DNA of 51,290 nucleotides from Candidatus Woesearchaeota archaeon (GTDB taxonomy: Archaea; Nanobdellota; Nanobdellia; SCGC-AAA011-G17; JAGVZF01): assembly GCA_018302805.1 (NCBI GenBank), contig JAGVZD010000001.1, positions 1-51,290 of the forward strand, read 5' to 3'. A program made the position numbers and the translations under genes. The notes beneath the pieces were generated by a model, which did not search any database, was not told the origin of the DNA, and worked only from the letters and a program-made list of their open reading frames with translations. Positions 27,456 through 38,223 of the stretch are shown here, piece after piece (the first letter of the stretch is position 1; every line of letters begins with the position of its first letter).

Positions 27456-29630
27456 ATGAAAGTGAATATTTTTGTGCTGTTGATTGTTTTCTTCTTATTC
27501 ATTTCCTTATTTAATATAAGTGCACAATCAGATATTGATATATTAGAAATCGGAACTGATGAATTAAATACAGAAATAAATCCAGAGAAAAATTCACCAC
27601 CTGATATTCTTGATCTACCAGTTATTGGCTTAAATAATTATTTTAATGAAGTTAAAATTAATTTAGAGGAATATGTGAAAGATGAAAATAATGATTTTAA
27701 GGAATTGAAATGGGAATTAGAAACTAGTCCAAATTTCAATCTAGAGATAACTGATAATATATTAGTGATTTCTTATGATGGAAATTTAAATCAAGTATCT
27801 GAAAATATAAAAGTTGTAGTTACTGATCCTTTTGGAGAAAGTGATTCTGAAGAATTATCATTATTGTATGTAAATATTGATGAAACTAATCCACCAATTC
27901 AAGGAATGCCAGAACAGAATCTATTTGATAATAGAGCTTATGGAGTTAGTCAGAATAGGGGTGGACAATTAACCCAGTATACATTAAATTTGAATCCAGG
28001 ATGGAATTTAATTTCACTGCCAGTTGTACCTAATACAAATATTGTTGAGGAATTACTAGAACCATTAGAGGGACATTATCTCTATGCCACTACATATGCC
28101 TATAACAGATACAGAAATGAATTTAAAATATTTCAGCCAGGTATCGGAGTTCCTCCTGAATTTAGAACATTTGATAGAGTAGATGAATCAATGGCTTTTT
28201 GGATTTTGATGTTGGATGATACTGACTTAATAGTAAATGGAAATCAAGTAATTGAAAGTGAATTTAAATTAAATAAAGGATGGAATTTAATTGGATTCCC
28301 AAGCCAAGTTGAATTAAATCTAGATGATGTCATTGTTCCAATTAATGATTTTAATTATTATTTTGAGGTAATTTATGAATATGATTCTGATAGACCTGAT
28401 CAATGGAATGACTACAATAGAAATAAACCACCTGAATTGAATACACTTCATACTTTAAAACCAGGTTATGGTTATTGGATTTACACAAACTATGCAATGA
28501 AATGGAGATATAATTTAGATACACAAAAATATGAATTTGTTGAGCTTGATAACAATGATCTATATAACTCAAAGTCATTTGTTTATGTCAAGGGCAAAAA
28601 TGTTGCTCAGGTAAATAACAATGAAATAAGATATGTGCATGGTGATTTGCTTGGTAGTACTAGAGCTATTACTGATGATAATGGTAATACAGTTTGGAGT
28701 GAAACTTACTACCCCTTTGGAGGTCAGGTAAGTGCAACTGGCTCAGATAATAGTATAAAATATACTGGTAAACAATATGATTACAGTTCTGGATTGTATT
28801 ATTACGGTAGTAGATATATGGATCCTAATCTTGGGAGATTTATCTCTACTGATAAGGCAGATGGAGATTTAAAAGTTCCACAATCTCTGAATAAATATGT
28901 TTATGCATTGAATAATCCGTATGCTTATGTAGATTCTGATGGTAATCTTCCAAGATTCTTACAGAAAGCTTGGGATTGGTACAGAAGCGAACAAATTGAA
29001 CGTCTTGAAAGAATGAGACAAAGTTATCTTGAAATGAATAAATTCATGGAAGAAAAGGGTAAACTATCTCACTCTGAAAGAGTTAGGAATGATGAAAGTA
29101 TGAATAAACAATATTTGAATTCAATTACTTTTTACCAAGGTAGTTGGAATTTGCGTGATGTTAGAATTGGGCCAACTGTTAGTGCTGGCGGTGATGCAGT
29201 ATTAGGTGGAAGTGCACGAGTAACTTATGGATTTCTAACCAAAGATATCACGGCGGGTGCTGCAGCCACATATAACCTTGGACCTGTTCAGGGAGGATTA
29301 GGAGTTGGAGTATCAATTAATTCAGATAGTTTAACTAATGGTGATATTGACAGCGAAGATTTCCAAACTCGTGAGATTTTTTTAGGTAGATTAAGGACAG
29401 ATATGGGTACAGCTTATGTTGCTCAACCAGTATCAAATAATGGTGTTTTAATTAACGGAGTTGTTGTTCCTTTATACAAAATTCCAAGAGTATGTACAAT
29501 TGGAGTTTGTGTCGATGGTGTGTGGAATGCTCCTCAAGTACAAGGTGTACATGCACCAGGAGATACTTGTGATGTTTGTGGTTTAATTGAGGGTACGGAT
29601 AATTATGCGAATCGTGAAGGTGGACAATGA
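27456..29630 (+). CDS. Secreted protein with Ig-like and GWNL repeats, an RHS repeat-associated core and a C-terminal tip
   Basis: Signal peptide; GWNLISLP/GWNLIGFP; DLLGSTR, YYPFG, YTGKQYD..SGLYYYGSRY.DP..GRF, N.YVYALNNP..YVDSDG. Confidence 0.88.
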   Translation: MKVNIFVLLIVFFLFISLFNISAQSDIDILEIGTDELNTEINPEKNSPPDILDLPVIGLNNYFNEVKINLEEYVKDENNDFKELKWELETSPNFNLEITDNILVISYDGNLNQVSENIKVVVTDPFGESDSEELSLLYVNIDETNPPIQGMPEQNLFDNRAYGVSQNRGGQLTQYTLNLNPGWNLISLPVVPNTNIVEELLEPLEGHYLYATTYAYNRYRNEFKIFQPGIGVPPEFRTFDRVDESMAFWILMLDDTDLIVNGNQVIESEFKLNKGWNLIGFPSQVELNLDDVIVPINDFNYYFEVIYEYDSDRPDQWNDYNRNKPPELNTLHTLKPGYGYWIYTNYAMKWRYNLDTQKYEFVELDNNDLYNSKSFVYVKGKNVAQVNNNEIRYVHGDLLGSTRAITDDNGNTVWSETYYPFGGQVSATGSDNSIKYTGKQYDYSSGLYYYGSRYMDPNLGRFISTDKADGDLKVPQSLNKYVYALNNPYAYVDSDGNLPRFLQKAWDWYRSEQIERLERMRQSYLEMNKFMEEKGKLSHSERVRNDESMNKQYLNSITFYQGSWNLRDVRIGPTVSAGGDAVLGGSARVTYGFLTKDITAGAAATYNLGPVQGGLGVGVSINSDSLTNGDIDSEDFQTREIFLGRLRTDMGTAYVAQPVSNNGVLINGVVVPLYKIPRVCTIGVCVDGVWNAPQVQGVHAPGDTCDVCGLIEGTDNYANREGGQ

Positions 29631-30763
29631 TGAAAAAATATAAACCAGGAATAGGAATATCACTTGCAGCAGCAACACTAGCAGCTGGCACTTTAATTGG
29701 TTCATATTTAGCTTGCAGATCAAATGAAAAGGATATTTTAGCAATTCAAAACCCTAGAGCAGAAGAATTACATATTAATGGACTTAGAAATTTTCATATG
29801 GGTTTAAGTGCAAGTGGTGTTGCTGACAGTTCAAGGCTTGAATTAGCTATTTCAGATTTTGAAAAATCAATTGAATTAAATAATGATCCTAGCAAGGTTT
29901 CAACGCTTTTTGCTTTAGGTAGTGCAAATTATACAATGGGAGATTGGCAAAATACTATTGCCGCTTACTCAGCAGCTTTAACAATTAATGATTCTCTAGA
30001 TTTACATTTAGATGTAACTAAAGGTTACAATGATGAATCGCTAGAACTTGACGTGATTCGATATCAACTGGGGCATGCACAACTTCAACTTGGACAATAT
30101 GATAATGCCTTTAATACTGCCTACAGAGGCCTGGAAATATATAATAACAATGAAAACTTACAAAATTTATTAGGGATAACAGGTAAAACTCTTAGAGAAT
30201 ACTTACATAGACAAATTCTTGAAACTAGAGATCCAAATAAAATTGTTGATTTGTATAAACGATTAGCTGATATTTATATTAAGGATGGTGTACAAAATCC
30301 CTTAAGTTTATCTGAGGTTTTAAATTGTGCCCAGGAAATTGAAAAGTACAATCCTGGAAATCCTAGTGTATCAGCCATACTGGGGCAGGCTCATTTAGAA
30401 TTTGGTATATATATGTCGGGCTTAAATCAAGAATTCGATTCACCTTACCGACATTATAGAATGGCTGTTGATAATTTTAGAAACCTGTTAATTAATGATC
30501 CTAAAAATATTATTGGATATAGGGGACTTGGATCAGCACTTTATAATCTTGGTGATTATAATGCAGCCAAGGATATCTTAAAGGACGGACTTAGGCAATA
30601 TCCAGAAGATCCTGATCTTAATTATTATTATGGGAATACATTATTGAATTTAGGAAACAGAAAGTTGGGATTAAAACATTTTAAGAAGGCATGCAAAAAC
30701 GAACCAGAAGATCCTAAATTCTGCAGTAAGTATGAAGAATTAATACATGGAGGAAGAGAATGA
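29627..30763 (+). CDS. TPR-repeat protein with an N-terminal membrane anchor
   Basis: Repeated LG.A...LG.Y..A patterns; ATGA overlaps with both neighbours. Confidence 0.85.
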   Translation: MMKKYKPGIGISLAAATLAAGTLIGSYLACRSNEKDILAIQNPRAEELHINGLRNFHMGLSASGVADSSRLELAISDFEKSIELNNDPSKVSTLFALGSANYTMGDWQNTIAAYSAALTINDSLDLHLDVTKGYNDESLELDVIRYQLGHAQLQLGQYDNAFNTAYRGLEIYNNNENLQNLLGITGKTLREYLHRQILETRDPNKIVDLYKRLADIYIKDGVQNPLSLSEVLNCAQEIEKYNPGNPSVSAILGQAHLEFGIYMSGLNQEFDSPYRHYRMAVDNFRNLLINDPKNIIGYRGLGSALYNLGDYNAAKDILKDGLRQYPEDPDLNYYYGNTLLNLGNRKLGLKHFKKACKNEPEDPKFCSKYEELIHGGRE

Positions 30764-33700
30764 ATCTGAAATTAATTCTGTTATTGTTAATTTTATTTTC
30801 TATGAATGTACACGCTAGTGAGAATCCTGAGATTACTAGCTTTAAAATTCCGGAATTAAATAATTATGTCAATTTGCATACAGGTGATTTAAATTTTGAG
30901 ATTCCTTTAGTTACAGTTCCGGGGAGGGGTGGATTAGATTATGATATTAAAATGATCTATGAATCTGGTATAAAACTTGATCAGCAAGCAAGTGAAGTTG
31001 GTTTAGGTTGGAAATTAAATAATCCTTCTATAATGAGAACTCCGATTAATGTACCTGATGATTATTGTGGTGGGTGTGTTAATGCACAAGCAAATTACTG
31101 GTTTAAGCATCCAATGAATCATCAAAGTCCTTCATATATTAATAATGTATTAAATTCTATAAATGTTCCTGGGTTATTTATGCAGATAATAACTGGAGAT
31201 GTAGTATCATTAGCTATGAGTAATGCAATTCCAACTATACTTAGTCCAACAGAAGAACAGCAAATTAGATTACCATGCGAAGATGGATGTAATCTAAATG
31301 TTAATGGTTTTAGATGGCATACTAAAAATGATAATGGGCTTGCAAAATATGTTTATGATTTAAACACGCCCGACTTATATACACTTTCAGGTGATGTGCT
31401 TTCAGGGCAGATTATATTTAGTAATCATGATGCTACAGAAGTGGGGCCAAGAATGCATCTAAAGAAATTAAAGGGTCATGCATCAGATGAACTAATAAAT
31501 ATGAATAATTGCCCTGCACCTGGAGAAGCACTTGAGAATTGTGAAGATACGGTTAGAATAGAATTTAGCACAGATGTTACTGATAAGACATTTGATCAGT
31601 TCACAATAACTGACAATGACGGTACTCAATATGTATTTGAACCAACCAAAAAGTATACAACTGTTTTTCTAGATGATTATGTAAAGAGGAGCAGGAAAAG
31701 ATTATCGCCTGGACCATTTTGCGATTATTACACAAGTCCAGAAAAATGGAGTACTGTAAAATTACTTCAGTCTTTTGCGTACGAATTTGGAATTACTGAA
31801 ATTTTGGGACCGGATTATGTTGATGATAGTGTTCCTGGCATCTCATCAGGTGATAGTGGAAACTGGATAAAATTTAGTTATAGACATTGGAATGGACTTT
31901 ATGAGAAGGGTACTCCTCATGATGGTGGATGCATGGAAGGACCAGATGGATCTCAAACCATGACTAGAGAAAACAATGACTTAAATTATGTTGACAAAAT
32001 AGAGACACCAACACACTTTGCAAAATTCAATTATGAATATGACAGGACTGATGCTAAAAATGATATGATTCCACCACCTTCAGGTACAGGTTATGTTCCA
32101 AGATTAAGTAGTATTGAATTATTCAGCAAGAGTCAGCCCACAGTTGTAATCCAACGAATTGTACTTACTCAAGATTATACACTTGCCGAAGGCTCACCGG
32201 ATGCAGAAGAAGGGAAATTAACTTTAAAACGAATTCAAAGATTTGGGTTAAATGGATTAGAGTCAGACCCATATATGCAATTTGTTTACTCATTTAATGA
32301 CCTTTGGGAAAAATATGATTTTGATAGATGGGGTTATTATTTTAGAGAAGGAAATCAGTTAGATCATAATCAGGAAGGAGCAGAAAATTATGTCTGGAAC
32401 AATGCTTGGGCATTAACTGGAATACGTTGGCAAAACGGAGGGGTTACATGGATTGATTATGAAACTGACAGATATAATAGAGTTGCTAAATCTTATCCGG
32501 ACGCAAATGCAAACATAGAGCGAGATGATGCTCATTTTGGGGGAGGCATAAGAGTAAATAAAATCCAGAATTGTGATGGTTTAGGTGAATGTAGTTATAC
32601 AAAATATTTATATCAAATTACTGATTTTGATGGCGCAGATATTTCTGAAGAGTCAGGAGTTGGTTTACCTGGAGTTCCAGGTGAAACTAGTGGTGTTGCA
32701 GTACTTGAACCCGGCAATTTTGAAGAATGGAATGATTTAGTTTATCCAGGTTACGCTGGAAATTCTCCTTATGTAGGCTACAGAAAAGTGACAGTAATTC
32801 CTGGTTATCAAACAAGTGGAGATCCTGCACCATATGGTTGGACAACCTATGAATTTACATCTGCAATTGATTACCCTAATGGGGGGAAGTATATACCTGC
32901 AACCAGAAAGGAAGTTAGTGGTTGGAAATATGGTTTTAATTCTGAGGATGCAGGACTAGCAAATTGTGTTCAAATGATTGCTGGACCTACAAATCACGAA
33001 ATGCGTATATATAGTATACCTCAAGGAAATTTAGTTAAGACTTTTACTTTGAATAAAAATTGTAATTTATGGGATTCTAGTTTAATGTGTAACACTTTTC
33101 AATCTGATTTTGCCCGAGGAAATTATAAAATTGTGGACGCAACTGTTAATGTACAACAGGCAATATTTAGCACAGCATTAGTAGAGCCAGCTGAAGCACA
33201 TCGATGTCTTCCAGACAAAAATAATAATGATGAATGGGACTATTTGGACTTACCTGTGGCAGATAGAGTTAGCGGAATTAACGATAATGATCACTATAGA
33301 GGATTGATTAAAAAGATTATATCTTATAATAGCTTAGGTCAATTAATTAAACAAACTGATAATGAATATAGTTTTGATGAGCAAACGAACTTTGGTGGAT
33401 TTAGCAAAAGTATTTGGGCAAAATTGGAAACAGTAACAGAACAATTGGATGGTGTTACCAAAGTTATTGAGTATCAATATGATAATTTAAATGGGCTGCC
33501 AAGTAGAGTAGTAGAAAATGGAAATGATGGCAATAAAAGAATTAGTACAAATAATTATGCATTTAGAATTCACTCAAGTATGCTAAAGGATGAACATATG
33601 TGGAGTCAGCTTGGAGAATTAAGGGTGTATGACACTGATGATAGTGTACCCGAGAATTTAGTGAAACAAGAAAGATATGTTTATGGTAGGGGTACAATAG

Positions 33701-35775
33701 ATTTTCCAGGAAATCCTGACAGTCAATGGTTTGTTAAAGAAGCATATAATGGAGTTAATAGTGAGGAGACTAAAGTAACTACATTTATAGACTATGATAA
33801 CTATGGGAATATTTTGCATACTACAGACAGTTTAGGCTATGATTCATATTTCTATTATGGAAATAATAATCAATGTGGTTCAGGCAGTCAGTGGGCTAAT
33901 ACTTATTTGACATGTAAACTTAATGAGTTAAATCAGGCAAATATGATGGGTTATGATTCAAGAGGGAATATTATTCAGGAAACTAAAGAGAATAATGTAG
34001 TATTTAATTACAATTTTGACAATTTAAATAGGTTGCAAACAGAGTCAAGAAATGGTATCTTGCTCAAGGAATATGATTACTTTGTTGCGGGTAGTAGTCT
34101 AAGCCAGAACAATCTAAATTATGTTGAAACTAAGCAACATCTTGATCTTAATACTGAAAAGATTTCATATGAAAAAATGGATGGTCAAGGTAAAGAAGTT
34201 ATGAAAACTATAGTTAGTGGGGCCAATCAAATTAGGCAAGAGTTATTGTATAATCCAGATGTTCTTAAAGTTAGTGAACAGACAGAGTATTATGAAACTC
34301 CGGATACTTATGATACTACTGAAAGACATCAATATAAAGATGATCCACTATTGAGAAATTGGAAAGTATTTCCCAAGGGTGCAAGCGATTCTGTTTATAG
34401 AGAATTTACATATGGTAATGTTGATAATGAGTTTAACTTTATTAATTTGAGAGATGAAAATGGAAGAATTACTCAATATAAATATGATAAATTAGGCAAT
34501 TTAGTAGAAGTAATTGATCCTTATAATGAGCACACATACTATAGATATGATGTGCTTGGGAATATTGAAAGAATAATAAATTCGTTGAATGAAGAGACTA
34601 TTATAGACTATAATAGTCTAGGGAGACTAATTACCAAGACAAATCCTGAATCAGGTAATTTAGTATATACATATTATGATAGTGGAAATGTGGATACAAT
34701 TACGGATTCATTAGGTATTGTGATTGATTATGATTATGATAGATTAAATAGAAATACATTAATTAATTATCCAAGTAGTCCTGATGTAATATATGTTTAT
34801 GATGAACAAAGCCATAGCTATCCTGGCACTACTTCAGCTATTGGAAAATTGACTACAATTAATGATGGTACTGGGTCTATGAGACTTTATTATGATAGCT
34901 TGGGAAGAGTAGATTATGAAATTAAAATAATTGATGGGGAAGATTATACAATTGACTATGCTTATGATCAACTTGATAATTTAAAGACAATAATTGATCC
35001 AAATGGAGTTAGAACAGATTACTATTATAATAATTTGGGTGAAATAGATTATGTTGAAGTAAATGGAGAGGTTGTTAACTTTGCATTTAATCCATCTGGT
35101 ACTGTTAAAGAAATTGATTATCCAAATGGAGTTAATTCTAAATATTCATATAGTAATAGGGATTGGGTAACTTCTATTAATGCTGAAAAAGGAGATAATC
35201 CCATATTTAAAGAAACTTACTATTATGATAGTGGAAATGTGCACACTATTGGTAATTTAATACAAATTTTTGAAGGTGTTAATGAAGCAAATCCTGGCGA
35301 TTGGGCTAATTTAAATAACCTGATGTTGTTGACCTATGATAGATTGAGAAGAGTCACTAACATCAACATGGATCCTCAAGGACCCCCTGGATGTAATATG
35401 GGGCCAAATTGTGAAGATAAAAATTTTGTTTATGATCCTATTGGAAATAGATTAAATGTAAATGGAATAATTATGGAATATACTGATCCTACAAGCAGAA
35501 ACAGGATATCTTTTGATGGTACTTATGATTATACTTATGACGCTAATGGGAATATGATAACCAAGACACACAGACAGTTGGGTACAGTAACTACATTTAT
35601 CTGGGATGAGGAAAATAGACTAAAACAAATTGATTTTGCTAATGGTAATAGTGAAACTTATAAGTATGATGGAAAAGGAAATAGAGTTCAAAAAATAGAA
35701 CCTTGGGGAAAAACAAATTATATATATTCTTACAGTGGACAACTAGTATATCAAGAATTTATATTAGATGAGTAA
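30760..35775 (+). CDS. Large secreted YD/RHS-repeat protein lacking the RHS core
   Basis: Signal peptide; VNLHTG...IPL.TVPGRGGL...AS.VGLGW N-terminus; many YD..G repeats; ends at TNYIYSYSGQLVYQE without an RHS-core or DPxG motif. Confidence 0.88.
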   Translation: MNLKLILLLLILFSMNVHASENPEITSFKIPELNNYVNLHTGDLNFEIPLVTVPGRGGLDYDIKMIYESGIKLDQQASEVGLGWKLNNPSIMRTPINVPDDYCGGCVNAQANYWFKHPMNHQSPSYINNVLNSINVPGLFMQIITGDVVSLAMSNAIPTILSPTEEQQIRLPCEDGCNLNVNGFRWHTKNDNGLAKYVYDLNTPDLYTLSGDVLSGQIIFSNHDATEVGPRMHLKKLKGHASDELINMNNCPAPGEALENCEDTVRIEFSTDVTDKTFDQFTITDNDGTQYVFEPTKKYTTVFLDDYVKRSRKRLSPGPFCDYYTSPEKWSTVKLLQSFAYEFGITEILGPDYVDDSVPGISSGDSGNWIKFSYRHWNGLYEKGTPHDGGCMEGPDGSQTMTRENNDLNYVDKIETPTHFAKFNYEYDRTDAKNDMIPPPSGTGYVPRLSSIELFSKSQPTVVIQRIVLTQDYTLAEGSPDAEEGKLTLKRIQRFGLNGLESDPYMQFVYSFNDLWEKYDFDRWGYYFREGNQLDHNQEGAENYVWNNAWALTGIRWQNGGVTWIDYETDRYNRVAKSYPDANANIERDDAHFGGGIRVNKIQNCDGLGECSYTKYLYQITDFDGADISEESGVGLPGVPGETSGVAVLEPGNFEEWNDLVYPGYAGNSPYVGYRKVTVIPGYQTSGDPAPYGWTTYEFTSAIDYPNGGKYIPATRKEVSGWKYGFNSEDAGLANCVQMIAGPTNHEMRIYSIPQGNLVKTFTLNKNCNLWDSSLMCNTFQSDFARGNYKIVDATVNVQQAIFSTALVEPAEAHRCLPDKNNNDEWDYLDLPVADRVSGINDNDHYRGLIKKIISYNSLGQLIKQTDNEYSFDEQTNFGGFSKSIWAKLETVTEQLDGVTKVIEYQYDNLNGLPSRVVENGNDGNKRISTNNYAFRIHSSMLKDEHMWSQLGELRVYDTDDSVPENLVKQERYVYGRGTIDFPGNPDSQWFVKEAYNGVNSEETKVTTFIDYDNYGNILHTTDSLGYDSYFYYGNNNQCGSGSQWANTYLTCKLNELNQANMMGYDSRGNIIQETKENNVVFNYNFDNLNRLQTESRNGILLKEYDYFVAGSSLSQNNLNYVETKQHLDLNTEKISYEKMDGQGKEVMKTIVSGANQIRQELLYNPDVLKVSEQTEYYETPDTYDTTERHQYKDDPLLRNWKVFPKGASDSVYREFTYGNVDNEFNFINLRDENGRITQYKYDKLGNLVEVIDPYNEHTYYRYDVLGNIERIINSLNEETIIDYNSLGRLITKTNPESGNLVYTYYDSGNVDTITDSLGIVIDYDYDRLNRNTLINYPSSPDVIYVYDEQSHSYPGTTSAIGKLTTINDGTGSMRLYYDSLGRVDYEIKIIDGEDYTIDYAYDQLDNLKTIIDPNGVRTDYYYNNLGEIDYVEVNGEVVNFAFNPSGTVKEIDYPNGVNSKYSYSNRDWVTSINAEKGDNPIFKETYYYDSGNVHTIGNLIQIFEGVNEANPGDWANLNNLMLLTYDRLRRVTNINMDPQGPPGCNMGPNCEDKNFVYDPIGNRLNVNGIIMEYTDPTSRNRISFDGTYDYTYDANGNMITKTHRQLGTVTTFIWDEENRLKQIDFANGNSETYKYDGKGNRVQKIEPWGKTNYIYSYSGQLVYQEFILDE

Positions 35776-36000
35776 TTATTTTATTATTATTTTGAGTAAA
35801 AAGTTTTAATAATTAATATATCTTTTAAACTCGAATAATTTGCTTGTTTTTTCAATAATGAATCTTTCTAGAAAATCTGCTTATCAAACAAAAATAATAA
35901 TTTACCCTTCCCTTTTTTTAAATTCCTTAATATTTATGTAAGTACTTAAAAGTAGTTAAAAATCAAAAGATTTATATAGTTGTTACCCTGCATTTTCTTC

Positions 36001-36606
36001 ATGAAACGTTCCAAAATACTTGATAAATTTATTTCAGAAAAAACACGATTAGATATTAAAGCAAGGTCTCCAGAAAGAAGATCATTTAGTTTAGATGCTG
36101 TTTTATTAGATTATGATCGAGATGGTTACTTGTTTAGAGGTAAGCAGTATGGGCGACGAGCAGAGAGTTCATATTATATTCCAAGAATTGAACTAATTTA
36201 TTTTGCTTATGACATTGAAAAATGGTCTCCGGAGAATACTTCTTCCAATGAGGTATCCCAAGGATATGAAAGAGTTGAAGAACAGATATATATTTTCAAA
36301 GATGCATCTTATAGTCCAATTAGTAAAGAATTACAACGGTCTGGACAAGCAATGTTATTTGAAGGGAAAAAGGAAAATTATGCATTAAATCTTTTATTTA
36401 ATCAAAAATACAGAAGGAAATTTATACCACTAGAGAAATTTATAATGGATCAATCTGATAATGAGCCAAATAAGACTCAAAGGCAAGCAGTTAGAGCAAT
36501 GATGAGTAGACTTAGAAATAAATTGAAAAAATTTAACCTTGTCATTGAGAATTTTCAAGGTGGTTACAGATTAAAGGATTTAGATCAAGTACAGATTTCT
36601 AAATAA
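36001..36606 (+). CDS. Protein with a C-terminal OmpR/PhoB-like winged-helix DNA-binding domain
   Basis: AVRAMMSRLRNKLKK...IENFQGGYRL. Confidence 0.65.
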   Translation: MKRSKILDKFISEKTRLDIKARSPERRSFSLDAVLLDYDRDGYLFRGKQYGRRAESSYYIPRIELIYFAYDIEKWSPENTSSNEVSQGYERVEEQIYIFKDASYSPISKELQRSGQAMLFEGKKENYALNLLFNQKYRRKFIPLEKFIMDQSDNEPNKTQRQAVRAMMSRLRNKLKKFNLVIENFQGGYRLKDLDQVQISK

Positions 36607-36700
36607 TTTCTAGGCGCCTTCTTTCAAGCTATTAAAGAAGTGAATTTGTGGGGTAGATAATTTTTACATTTACTTGAACTACAAACTTATCAATAAAAAC

Positions 36701-36967
36701 CTATCCGGGGATTATTGTGCAAGGATCTTGTTTATCATACTTTAGGTTACTGAGATTTTCATACATCTCTTTAGGGCAGCAAGTAGCAGGCATTTGAATT
36801 CTCTGTACATCATCTAACAAATGCCACACACAACCTTTAGATGTACATAAGTTTTCATTAGAAAAGTCACATGACTTATCCTTGGGAGGCACATAACTGT
36901 AAAAACTGCATCCTACAATGAAAATGACAATTAAAATAAAGATGAGAATGAAGAATTTACTTGTCAT
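36701..36967 (-). CDS. Small Cys-rich lipoprotein-like protein
   Basis: MTSKFFILIFILIVIFIVGC lipobox-like sequence; multiple Cys. Confidence 0.6.
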   Translation of the reverse strand: MTSKFFILIFILIVIFIVGCSFYSYVPPKDKSCDFSNENLCTSKGCVWHLLDDVQRIQMPATCCPKEMYENLSNLKYDKQDPCTIIPG

Positions 36968-37057
36968 AGAAGTACAAATTTCTTGAACTTTAAGTATTTT
37001 TCTAAGTCTAGACACTTTTAGTTAAATTTATAAAGTTTTTATTTATTCAAAATCTTA

Positions 37058-37167
37058 GGACGGCCATAGGGGCTTGGTGATACCCGGTCTCATCTCGAAC
37101 CCGGAAGTCAAGAAAGCCTCCGTTTCTGGTTGTACTGTATTCTTACGGGAAGCCAGGAAAGCTGTCC
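37058..37167 (+). rRNA. rrf: 5S rRNA, stand-alone
   Basis: GGACGGC/GCTGTCC terminal helix, CCCGGTCTCATCTCGAACCCGGAAGTCAAG loop-C motif, GTACTG...CGGGAA; TTTATAAA at 37027-37034. Confidence 0.9.
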
Positions 37168-37300
37168 GCCCTTTATATTTAAGGGTAAAAAGTGCTCTTT
37201 TCTTTTGATTGTAATACTTAAAGCCTTAAACTTACTTCTAATATTATTATTTCATGAAAGGACATAAATGTTTATATATTTAGGTTATATAATCGAAAAT

Positions 37301-37744
37301 ATGAGAAAAAAAGAGTTAGTAATAATTTTAATTATATCTTTAGTTTTAATTATTGGATGCAAAAATGACCCAAGTGGAAATGCTGTAGTTGACATAGATG
37401 ATTCTGATGATAATGAACCTGAATCTCAAATAATCCCAGAAAATATAACCAATATAACTTACTATATTAATGCTACTATTGATTTATCAAAAGAAGCTAG
37501 GCAAAGGATATTCATTGCTGAAGAAGAAATTGACAATACTAGATTTTTATTAAAGAGTATAATTGAAAAAAAATTGATTGGTAATCAAAGAAAACAGAAA
37601 GCTGAAAGATTAATAAATTCTGCAGAATTATTTCTTATTAAATCAAAGGAAAGTTATAATAAAACTTTGTATCAGAATGCTGTAGATCTTGCGATAGATT
37701 CCAAGATTAAAATAACTGAAGCGCAGTCAGTAATAAACAAATGA
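37301..37744 (+). CDS. Lipoprotein-like hypothetical protein with a helical C-terminus
   Basis: MRKKELVIILIISLVLIIGC signal/lipobox. Confidence 0.65.
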   Translation: MRKKELVIILIISLVLIIGCKNDPSGNAVVDIDDSDDNEPESQIIPENITNITYYINATIDLSKEARQRIFIAEEEIDNTRFLLKSIIEKKLIGNQRKQKAERLINSAELFLIKSKESYNKTLYQNAVDLAIDSKIKITEAQSVINK

Positions 37745-38070
37745 AAATACATCGCAAAAAAGAAGTTATAAGAGAAGCCAAACACAGGATTGAAAATTTG
37801 TTTGAACAGGCAGATTTAATTTTCAAAGACAATAAAAAATTAGCAAATAGATATGTTTCTCTGGCAAGAAAGATAGGAATGAAGTTAAATCTTAGGCTTC
37901 CTTCGAGATTACAAAAAAGGTTTTGTAAACATTGTTATTCATTTTTAGTACCAGGAATTAATTGTAGGATTAGAACTCGAGAAAATAAAGTTGTTTATTA
38001 TTGTCTGGAATGCAAAAAATATATGAGATTTCCCTTCATAAAAGAGAAAAAACTAAAAAGGAATCTTTAA
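37741..38070 (+). CDS. rnp4: Ribonuclease P protein component 4 (Rpp21)
   Basis: A..RI..LF, ANRYV.LARKI.MK, FCKHC..FL.PG.N.R.R, CLEC...R.P. Confidence 0.93.
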   Translation: MKIHRKKEVIREAKHRIENLFEQADLIFKDNKKLANRYVSLARKIGMKLNLRLPSRLQKRFCKHCYSFLVPGINCRIRTRENKVVYYCLECKKYMRFPFIKEKKLKRNL

Positions 38071-38223
38071 AATATTTGAAATTTATTGAGTAAATTAAAT
38101 ATTGAAATTCTTGATTAATAAAACTCTGAATGTTATATGCAAAAATAAGATTAAATAATATAGTTTTTCATTTAATTCAGCACTAATTTATATATTATAT
38201 ATAGAAAATATATAGAAAGTTGA

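Noticed and set aside
37058..37167. Unlinked, slightly short 5S rRNA as a novelty
   Set aside because: Unlinked rRNA genes are common in DPANN and other archaea, and the ends were estimated by eye.
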